A stretch of DNA of 64,000 nucleotides from Paramoeba atlantica (Eukaryota > Protista > Discosea). The stretch is from NCBI GenBank assembly GCA_977017575.1, contig CDRNVI010000003.1, forward strand, positions 372,001 to 436,000. Direction: 5' to 3'. The position numbers and the translations under genes were made by a program. Positions 52,409-62,400 of this stretch are shown here, one piece after another (the first letter of the stretch is position 1; each line of letters starts with the position of its first letter). The notes under the pieces are model-generated. The model saw only the letters and a list, made by a program, of their open reading frames with translations. It was not told the origin of the DNA and did not search any database.

Positions 52409-53649
52409 GGTGAAATTAAAGCAAAATTCGCCTTTCTTGAAAAAAAAAGGAAAGTCGTCCGCACTAAAAATAACTGTATTTTTTTTGTATCGTATCATGT
52501 ATTTCCACTTTTTCCTTTATTTTTCAGATTCATTTTTCAGATTCAGACTCCTCAACTCCAACACATGCCCTGTGAAGGATGCAACGGTTTCGCTTGCCGA
52601 GGAAATCTCACTTTGAGCAAAGTTTCTGTGTGGAGCGAATCGAAATGCAGGGAGTGGTTAAGAACCCATAAGTTGGTGGCTCAGAAGGTTGTATGTTATA
52701 AAAGACTACACAAGGCGCCCTATACTATGCACGTCACTGACGGGAAATGGAGATGTACTGAAAAATACAAAGGAATGTACGCCACCTTAGGACCTCTCGT
52801 ACCTGGAAGGGCACAAAGAAGTGCAAAGCAAACATTAAAGTACATAATTTTGTACGTTCGTGGTGGAAGACATTCGGATTCGGCAGCGGAGACAGAACTT
52901 AGTCAGCAGACCATTGTGTCTCTAAGGCAATGGATGGATGGCATGATGGCCACAGCTCATGTTCGCCGACGTATCAGGAATCGCGGCAGCGTTGCTTCAA
53001 TGCAATGCGATGAGACATTTTTTTCTGTACGGAAACGTCACCGAGGTTCTCATGGTGCAAGACGGGTGCGAGATGATGGTACAGAAGCTGCACAGACAAT
53101 TGCTGTGACTACTCGAGCGAACAATTTATCTGAAATGTTCATGGAAGTTGTACCTGATCGTAAGGCAAGCACGTTACTTCCTCGAATTGAAGATCTGGCG
53201 AGCGGGGGGAGGACACAAATTTGGACCGACGGGGCGCGTCACAATATCCGCCTTGGTGGACGCTATAAGTGGAATAGCGTGAACCACCGCCGAGAATGGA
53301 TAGCAGAAGAGGGTGTCCACACAAACACTGTGGAGTGCGCGAATTCGGTGGCGAAGAAGAGACTTAATCGAGAAGGAAACGTATTAGGAAGGAAAAAGGA
53401 TAAACGGGCAGATGGTGTGCAAGCCAATGCTGAAAAATGCAACGGCAGCCTACGGTACAATGGCGGCGATGTAATGCTGCGCATCCTACAGAATCTACAA
53501 GATCATTGTCATTGTATTCATTTGTAAGTCTTGTCCAAGTATTTAAGTCGAAAACTAGAAGCGGAAAGTGTTGATTTCATTGCACCAAATTTTTGAAAAC
53601 CGGAAAAAAACATTTTTTAAAAAAAGGCAAATTTTGCTTTAATTTAACC
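52409..53649 (+). mobile_element. Merlin (IS1595/IS1016-like) DNA transposon with intact transposase ORF
   Basis: TIRs GGTGAAATTAAAGCAAAATTCGCCTTT / AAAGGCAAATTTTGCTTTAATTTAACC; exact 8-bp TSD GGAAAATG (52401-08 and 53650-57). Confidence 0.95.
52565..53527 (+). CDS. Merlin/IS1595-family DDE transposase (320 aa)
   Basis: QCDETFF, VPDRKASTLLP, IWTDG, VNH, GVHTNTVE; Cys-rich N-terminus. The ORF-track ATG at 52406 lies in the TSD, so the likely start is MPCEGC at 52565. Confidence 0.9.
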   Translation: MPCEGCNGFACRGNLTLSKVSVWSESKCREWLRTHKLVAQKVVCYKRLHKAPYTMHVTDGKWRCTEKYKGMYATLGPLVPGRAQRSAKQTLKYIILYVRGGRHSDSAAETELSQQTIVSLRQWMDGMMATAHVRRRIRNRGSVASMQCDETFFSVRKRHRGSHGARRVRDDGTEAAQTIAVTTRANNLSEMFMEVVPDRKASTLLPRIEDLASGGRTQIWTDGARHNIRLGGRYKWNSVNHRREWIAEEGVHTNTVECANSVAKKRLNREGNVLGRKKDKRADGVQANAEKCNGSLRYNGGDVMLRILQNLQDHCHCIHL

Positions 53650-53730
53650 GGAAAATGTATGGGTTCAAATGGATAACGCCACAACCTATAATTTGGCAAA
53701 AGCTTGAGCTTATAAACTATACCATTCCTC

Positions 53731-54133
53731 GGTGAAAGTGAGGCATTATTTCACATAAAAAATAATTTGTTTCGTTAATTTTTTTATGTGTTCTAAGTGT
53801 TGCCTTATCATATTTTACGGGCACTGAAAGTATTTTTCTGACATTTGTTTACATACAGCTGTACTTTTTTCGCGGTGACGGTACGCTTGATAGTGGGAAA
53901 GAAGCGCGACATAATCGGCTGAAGTTCGGCGCAGAAATTGTGAAAAGTAAGCTAAGGAGAGGAAAACATGAAGATTATGCCCTCCGTCGCCTGTTTTAGA
54001 ACCTCAAATGACATTGCGAGAACGTAGAAATCGTTCTAGAACAAGGGCAAGAGAGTTAATTTTTTCTTTTTTACTAAAATAGGGCGATAATAAATGTTTT
54101 AAAAAAAGTGTGAAATAATGCTTCACTTTGACC
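53731..54133. mobile_element. Non-autonomous Merlin-type MITE (403 bp)
   Basis: 25-bp TIRs GGTGAAAGTGAGGCATTATTTCACA / TGTGAAATAATGCTTCACTTTGACC; 8-bp TSD CATTCCTC / GATTCCTC (1 mismatch); non-coding interior. Confidence 0.9.
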
Positions 54134-55555
54134 GATTCCTCTTATGAATTGGCCACCCAACTCTCCAGATCTCAATCCCATTGAGAACGTTTGGAGCGTG
54201 ATGAACAAATTGTAAAAAAAAAATTTAAGCCACACAACTATGTAACCCTGACAAAGGCCATAGAAAAGGCGCTTAATGCTCTAAAACGGGCCCCACACAA
54301 ACAAAAAGTGTTGAATTCCATCAATTCTGTTCCCAAACGTATGCAAATAGTTATTCAGACCAATGGGGAGCACTGCGGATATTGATACTTCTTCCTTTTT
54401 TCTCATTTTATCATTGAAAGGGTGATTTTTTCTGGATGTCTAATGTACCATTTTTTTGTTTTTGGTCTACTTTGGGGTCACCACCAGAGCACCAGGGTCC
54501 CTATGAAAAAAAGGCGGCAAAGCTCTTCGCTAGGGGAACGAGATCTCTCGAATACTGCAAAAATGAGCAAAAACGGATAAAAAAAATGACATTTGCCAGG
54601 CCGGGGGCACACTTCTGTCCATGGGTGTATATTTACCGGGTAAGCCCCCATAAATACAATCACTGCAGGAAAAGAAGATTGCGCAAAGACAAGCTTAATA
54701 TCCAATATGCCACCCCCCGCTCTCCAACACCTTGTTCATACGTTTTAAGTACTCTGAACACATTTATACCCATTTTCATACCATTTTTTATCAAGTTTAT
54801 ATTTTTTAGAGATGTAAGTAGTGGAAAAACCGCATTTTCGTTCAATAACAAACGAAATGCGCATCGTGCGCTCCGAGTTGAGGTAACTCGGCCTGTGGTT
54901 CCTCACCACGGGTATAAAAAGGGTAGCGTCGATGTGAAAAAACAGGGGAAATTTGACTGCACATTGGAAAATCTCATTTACCTAGGGCTGCACCGATAGC
55001 CTGCACCAACCCCTGAAAGGTTTCTTGTCTGGGCACACAAATCCGTCCCTCCGCAAGGGGGCCCAGGTGAAAATAATAATTTATTATTAGAGGTTAAAAT
55101 TATTAATAATTCTGCTACTATGACGTCAACACGGCTCACCCAAGAGGTGTGAGCCGGGTAAGGGAGCTGGTTCCCTGAGGGGAGGGTCCGGGACGGTCCT
55201 CCGAGTACTGAGCCTAGTCGGTTATCAGCCCGGCCTCTTAGAGTGAGGGCGCCAGGAACATTGCGATGAGCGGGTTTGAACTCGCCGTCTGAGCACCATG
55301 TGCTTCAAACTTTGAATTCTTGCCACTCCGCCACCTCCTCCTCTCCGCCATCTCCTCCTCCTTTAGCTAGAAGGGTACACCGAATTGGAATAATAATAAT
55401 ATGTAAAGTTTTGCCAGTTTTTCAACCTCTTCCCACCGAAAATACAAACCGCGGTCTCGGTGCGGTCTCGGGCGAAGTACTCGCGGCCCCTCAATTGTAG
55501 ATTGAAGCTAATGAATCCTAAGAACTAGACCTAACAAGAAGACCTAACAAGAAGC

Positions 55556-56179
55556 TCAAAACATCTCATTCACATCCAGACCGTCCATCGCCTGCTCGAT
55601 TCCTTGCCAAGAGTTTTGCAGCGATACTGTGCTATGTATAACTTTGTTACTATTCTGAGACTTGATCAGCGAACTTAGTTCCCTGTATTTCAGCTCGGCT
55701 TTATTCAGTACGCGAGCAATCAGCTCAAGAATTGATTCTGCAGTAACCCGGTATTCAGCTATCCACGGTTTTGAGAGAATGCACCTCTCACGCTTCCCAG
55801 CTGACCACCAATACTGACATTCTTTTAGAAGATCAAAAAGATGTCGGAAAAGTGTCAAAATGTACCAGGCCTTGGCTTTAACCCGGGCTTCAATAGAAGA
55901 AATTTTAATCTTCGAATTTTCGATGTCTTCATTCTGGGATATATCCGCCTCCAAAAGTTTAATGTCGCACATAATGTCGGATTCGCCTTCGGTTGAAATA
56001 TGCGGGTACAGAATTTTTATGCCTTCAAGAGACGTGTGGCACGTTTCACAGGTTTCATTTGCAATTTGCCTTGCAAATCCGAGGAGGTAACCTACTCGGG
56101 ACCCGATACTATGTGAATGCTGCCTTACACCGTCAAGGAAGCCTTGGTTGTAGCCGTCCTGATACGGATCCGTCATCAT
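55556..56179 (-). CDS. Yae1/Lto1-like protein (putative)
   Basis: DPYQDGYNQGFLDG....GSRVGYLLGF matches the Gly-repeat Yae1_N pattern; remainder helical. ORF is open to 56245. Confidence 0.55.
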   Translation of the reverse strand: MMTDPYQDGYNQGFLDGVRQHSHSIGSRVGYLLGFARQIANETCETCHTSLEGIKILYPHISTEGESDIMCDIKLLEADISQNEDIENSKIKISSIEARVKAKAWYILTLFRHLFDLLKECQYWWSAGKRERCILSKPWIAEYRVTAESILELIARVLNKAELKYRELSSLIKSQNSNKVIHSTVSLQNSWQGIEQAMDGLDVNEMF

Positions 56180-56461
56180 AGTATTGTACACGTTTGCATC
56201 TATAAAAGAACAGGAAAAGACTGTATTTACAGTAGGGTAGCGCAATCGTAGAAATCATTAATATATTTTATTATATTAATTATATTTTATTAAGTGATCT
56301 ATAGATAAACCTACAAATGTGAGCCCCAATTTTCCTATGCGCGTAGTGCGAATGTTATCATGCATATGAGCTTGTGTATTCTATTTCACCTTACAGAGAA
56401 TTCTTCAGATTGTTTTTCTGAATATCTGATTCAGTCCATTCACGATAATTTTCGTGAGTCA

Positions 56462-59400
56462 TTACTTTTCAAGTTTGGCCCATTCTGCTGTTTCACCGAA
56501 ACGCACAATGATGCCTTCTTCCTTGTGTGTTCCTTCTTTGTCTGCTTGATGCAAAACTTCGTAATACGCCTTTTGAATGATTTGTAAATCTCGTCTTGCT
56601 TGTGTGTCATTCGGGTTTTGCAATTTTCTCACGAGTGCAAGTACCATTGCGAGCTTTAGTTTTTTAATGACTTGACATGTGCGTTCATCGGCTAACACGA
56701 ACAACCAGTCATCGAGAATCATGAGGTGAGCTTTCTCCACAAAGTCAATACTATTGGTAGGAACACCAAAAAATAGGAGGGGCCATATAGTAATGCCGGT
56801 TACCTCCGAAATTTTGTACTGAATACCAGATTTCGTTTTCGGACTTTTCGTACAGGAGCGAAACACGTAGTATGGTGACTGATTCTTATCTTCGCCAATC
56901 TTAAATTCCATAATTTGTGCACAAATCGAAGTTGTATCAATTACAGTCTCAACAGTCTTGGTACGCAAGTATTTGGTCACTTTTTGCGCCACATTCGGGT
57001 ATAACATACATGTAATAAGACCTTTCGCGAGGATAATATCGCTTGAAAGAGTGGAGTGGATGGACTGATCAACGAAGGCGGCACGTTTCTTAGACGATTC
57101 TGGGTCGATGTCGGTCAGATATTTATTTTCTGCTAAAACATTATAGATCTGATGTTTAGTGAGTGACATTTGTTCAAGTTTGCTCAATACGAGTGTGTGA
57201 TCAGATAGAAACCGGGCCTCGTGTTCTGGAAAAATTCCCCTTACGTTTACCCAGGAATTATAAGCGTTTACACAGGAAAGGATATCACTCCTTGATTTTC
57301 GTCCCAAGATATCTCGATTGATTCGTGCTCCTTCCCTGCCATCAAAGGTATTGTCAAACGGTGAGATGCTGGTTGCTGCCGCAATGGTTAAGGCACAGTC
57401 CAGACATCCGAGAGCAAGCCCGAGAAGAATCATTTTTCCAGTACTTGGGTCTACAGGGAGCGGTGAGAGATATAACCCCAAAGGCGTGAGTTGCATATTC
57501 TCATCTACTGCCCCAGCGTCTTGCAGCTTACGCATGGCACTCTTAATCGAAATAGATTGCGGTACATCGAGCACATTATTGCTCAGATACTCCTCTGGGC
57601 TTTCAATTCCGAGGGTTAGCAACAGAAGACAGATGCCATCGAGGGGCGTTCTGACTAACTCCGGGCTTTGATATGTGGGTAAAAGTTCGTACGTTTCCCT
57701 TGTGTACATACGATAACAAATTCCGTTTTGAGTGCGACCCGCACGACCCGCACGCTGAATGCAATTCGCTTTGCTCGCATACATGACCTGTAGGGCAGTT
57801 TGATGTGTTGTTGCATCCAGTGAAAAGGTTGTGACCGCTTGTTTCAAACGCCCTGTGTCAATTACCACGCGGACATCGGGAATAGTAATGGAGCTTTCGC
57901 AAATGTTTGTGGATAAAACAACTTTTGTTTTCCCAGGAGATGCTGGAGCAAAGGCTTTCATCTGAAGGTCTTGAGCAACCGATGAATGTAGGGTTAACAC
58001 TTCGATTTCATCGCGCATGTGAGAAATTGCTTCGCTTGCTGCTACTATATCACCCCAACCCGGCAGAAATACTAGGATGGATGCGTTGGCAACCTCATGA
58101 TTTCGGATGCAGTGATCAACTAAAAATGTAAGGAGTCTAAAATCGATGGCGCTTGAAGCTTTACTCATTCCTTGGATACGCTGATCTGAATTAAGAAGTT
58201 CAGGTGGGGGTGCTAGATTTAGCATTGACGTTGTCACGACATTACGCTCACGCGCAAGACTAGCGATGTGATCGAGGTATTTGATGTCAACGTCATACAT
58301 TCCCCTGTTGCATTCTATCACTGGTGCATTGCTAAAATATTTCGAAAAACTGGATGAATGCATTGTTGCACTCATAATAATTAATTTGAGGTCCAAACGC
58401 TGTGACAAAATATCCCTCAAGAGCGTCAAACACATATCTGTGCTCGAGTCGCGTTCGTGCACTTCGTCAAAAATTATATGTGAATATTCGTGAGCAAATC
58501 GATCAGTGCGAAGTTTCCTAAGTAAAAGACCACTGGTCAAAAAGTTTAAATGTGTTCCAGGGCGATGCTCAAGGCGAATTTGATATCCTATACTATCACC
58601 CACCTCTTCTTGGCGCTCGTGGGCAACACGCTTCGCTACTGATATTGCACTAATCCGTCGGGGTTGGGTTACCACTATTCCACATGGTCGCTCATTTATT
58701 AAACAGTCGTCTAGAATGTACTGCGGGATTTGGGTTGTCTTTCCACTACCTGCGGCAGAACAAACAACGACAACCTGATTCTTTTGTATAGCGTCCAACA
58801 ATTCCTTCTTTATCGACCGGATAGTTAGCTCACGTCTTTGACGACCTATTCCGTTCTTATACGTCGGATCAAGTTGTCTGTCGAGAAGTTTTTGATGTAA
58901 GTCAGGACGAAATGCTGGAATTTCTAAGTCACGAAACAGCAACCGACGTTCAAGTTCCGTGTCTGTGATATTTCTACTTTCTTGCTCCAATTCATGAACA
59001 TCCTTCCATCGCCCCACAGCATCATGTAGTCGTTCCATCAGATCTTTATTGCTCCTCAGAAGTGGTGAAATGTTCGATACACCTCGCATCTGAAAATATG
59101 GATATCTTTGGAGCATTTGAATCATACAAGTGATATCTGCTGCACTTTTGTCACGATGCTTAATAAGAAAATTTACTAACTTTGATTGAGCTGCACCATG
59201 CGCTCCCACTCTTGTGCCGCTTGATCCCGCGACTTCAATAGACCCCATTTGGGGATCGTTTAGAGTAAGCCCTATTTCGTATACCCCAGTTTCCTTGTCA
59301 AATTTTACTAGGGTATTAACAGGGGAAGATTCCGCCGCTTTTTCATACAGCTGAAGTACCGTGTCGTGGCCTCCTGTGGTAAGCTCGCGTGCTTCCGCAT

Positions 59401-62400
59401 CCCAGTTGCACACCGATCCCAGTCGCTTTTCAAGGTTGTTTGCGCGATCGCAAAAGTCTTTGTCAAGCACGCGTAACATGTATACTGCATGTGCAATGGC
59501 TCTCTTAGCACTACTTAGCTTGGTTCGATGTATTCCGTGAGCTGTGTATTCCGGGAATCCTGGTACAGGAAAATACGTATGTATGTACGGAGTGTCTTGC
59601 AGTCGTCGCGTGCTCATTTTATCGGGATATCGAATTCCTGTACGTTCACACCAGTCTGAAAGAACACTTTTCATCCCACAAGTAGAAAATCCATCGCCCT
59701 CAACGCAGTCTAAAGCGCCGTCCGATACTGCGTCCCCCGTACGCGGTATTTTTCCTTGCTTCAAGTACTCAAAGTCCTTCGCCTCCTGTGCAGCTTGTAA
59801 ATATTCTATTGTTTGTTGAACAAAAAATAACCAATCTTCGATGGTCATGACCTCTTCGTCTTCGGAAGGAAGTTCAGGCCTGGAAGTCATTCCAAATGAT
59901 ACTTTTAGTTTAACAGGAGGTGGGCTTACAGTATTTGCTTCACTTAGTCCATGGCCTGGAAATGCAGCAGATCGCCCCTCTCGCATGACTTCTAACCTAT
60001 GTATAGATTGGGCGCTGGAATCAGAAAATACAGAAATTCCCAGCGCATCAAGTATTCTTGTGCCGTGTAAAATACACATGCTCTTCGCATCTGATACTTT
60101 GTTTGCTATCCCGATTGCCAAACGTTTTCCAAATCTTTCTGGAACAGGAAGCTCAAGTAGTGCTTGAGTTTGTCTGTGACCTTCTTCATGATATACACCT
60201 GTGCACTTTATGACTTGCAAAAGATTATCACAGCGCTTCGATTTGTCTCTAGCATATCGAAAATAATATTTACTCAGTGCAGCAAGATACTTCATTTTAT
60301 ACTGTTCTCTAGTGACTATTTCGTATACACCTTCACGCTTGACTGTGTACGGAATTAACCTGTCAAAATCAGTTGCGCTTTGTAATTTATAGCGCAAAGG
60401 TGGTGGAAGATTGTTCTTCGCATCCGGACGTACATCGTCAGTTGAAAATGGGGCCCACCGTCCGGACTTTCGCGTTAACTGCGCTCGCTTATTCTGTTGC
60501 TCTGTCCTGGTGAATAATTTACCACCAACATGATCAATTATTAGTTCTGCATGCATACATGCAATGATGAGCGCATCGTCCTCCATATAGCTTTCTCCTA
60601 TAGCTTTGATATTTCCTATACCATCAATGAATATGTTTCCCGAGAAACGATAGTATAGCTGTTGAAAACCAGGAACTTTTGGGTCCACAAGATTAAACTG
60701 CTCTTTCGTGAATAATTGCGCAATGCTAGAGCCCCGGCTGGCCAAATATTTTCCAATGCGGTGACGAGACATCTCATCCTTTTCGTATGGGCGAATAAGT
60801 GCGCTTTGCGACATTATTAGGGCTGAACCTCGTACAACGGCATATGAATCTGTGGTATCTACTCTCCAAGTTGTGGGCTCAAAGGCTTTTGCCTCGGTAG
60901 TTATTGTATCTAATTTTATCCCAATAGTTTGACCGTCTCCTTTCTTTACGTTATCCCCTTCTTCTTTATACTCTACCAGGTTTCGCGACAAAGGCCGGCG
61001 CTCTTCATTAAGATCATCAGACCCACCCGATTCTTCGTTCAACATACAAAGAGCAGGAGGTGATAAAGTCTCCTTATCAACGTTGAGGTAGTCTTCTTTG
61101 ACATTCAATATTTCTATGATTTTTAAGGCGTGCATGCAACAAAGAACTTCCGCAGTGGTACGATTGAGAGAGACACCCATTGCTGTTCGTACACCCACTT
61201 TTTCAGTGTTTATTGGTAGACGATAAATTGCTGTCACACTCCTGGAGTCCCTCCAGGAGCCTTTGTGATACAAATATTGAACATGCACTTTTTCGTCAAA
61301 ATAAGGCCAATAAAATCGCGAGTGCACCGTTTTTAATTTCTTAGCGGCATCCATTTGCAGAATGTCCACAGGTTCAAGAGATGTGTTTTGTAGCAAATCT
61401 GTATCTTCTTTTAGTGATTTGCTTTCAAGGTTCAGCGTAGTCTTCTTTAGTGGAAGAGGTGAAACAGCATAGGGTCGGGTCTGATCCCCAGGCATAGGGG
61501 CCCAGCGTCCCATTTTTCGAACTCCCTCGGCGTGCAGTCTTTGCTTTTCGTCGTTCCCGTATATTCTTATGCCTAGTGCGTCAAGCATGAGCTCCATATG
61601 CATTGCACATAGTGAAGATGCACTCCTTGCATTGCGCGCGATGCCCACTGACTCTCGCTTCCCGAATATCTTGTCTAATGGTAAGACAAGTGTAGCCGTA
61701 AACTCAGACGGCGTTTCTGTTGACTTGTTGAATACCTTTTCCGTTACATTAATCACAGTGTCCATCAATACGTGAGACCAGCGTGCGTAATACCGATGCA
61801 TCCGAGCGACAGAATTACTATCATAAAAATTTGGGCTGCGTATGTACAGGTTTGCATTAGCATGGCTCTGGGTAGCCAAGGCTACAAGTGTGAATTTTCC
61901 ATCCTCTGATTCTATTCTTTCATCTTCGCTACTTACTTGATTCACATATTGCACTGTAGTATTTACAAGCTTTTGTCGCGATTCTTGGTCCAGTCCAACG
62001 TATTCAAGAGCTGGGGGCATAGTAATCTCATGAAAAGATTTGCGCTTGGCGCCAGGCATGGGAGCTTTCTTTCCATCCTTTCGCTTTTGTGCTGCATATT
62101 TTATCTGTCCACTTGAAAGGGAAAATATAGGAATTTGTAATTCGTTCAAAATCGACTCTGCGTGCATACAACACACTACTTCTGCATCCTTTTCAGATTC
62201 CGCAATGCCACATGCAGTAACGTTGTAGCTCTCAATGGGAAGCTTCAAGTGTACTTCACATTTTTCTGATTGACTCTTTGCATCCACATTTTGAAAAAGC
62301 TTGTCCTTTTCCATTGCCGGGTGGTGCCGCGATATGTACGCTACTATTCGGGAACGTGCCATGTTATCAATCCGAAAAACATTTTCAACCTTTTGAGAAT

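Larger units (their letters stand above)
51501..54627 (+). mobile_element. Tc1-like element with long TIRs, host of two nested Merlin insertions
   Basis: TA flanks at 51499-500 and 54628-29. TIR CACCCATGGACAGAAGTGTGCCCCCGGCCTGGCAAATGTC... extends about 150 bp or more. Transposase pieces: HTH (ATG 51735), IIWTDEK, VWVQMDNA (53658-), NWPPNSPDLNPIE (54146-), tail NGEHCGY. Confidence 0.93.

Noticed and set aside
52406-52564. N-terminal 53 aa of the Merlin ORF
   Set aside because: The ATG is formed by the target-site duplication and the segment translates TIR and pyrimidine tract.
16057-54999. Similar short ORFs at 16057, 16976, 51465, 51548, 54436, 54478 (FFYPFLLIFAAFERSRSP...)
   Set aside because: Translations of the shared non-coding Tc1 TIR/subterminal sequence, not a gene family.
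55180-55240. Resemblance to RNase P RNA or SRP RNA conserved motifs
   Set aside because: Motifs are incomplete and spaced too closely; kept only as an unassigned structured region.
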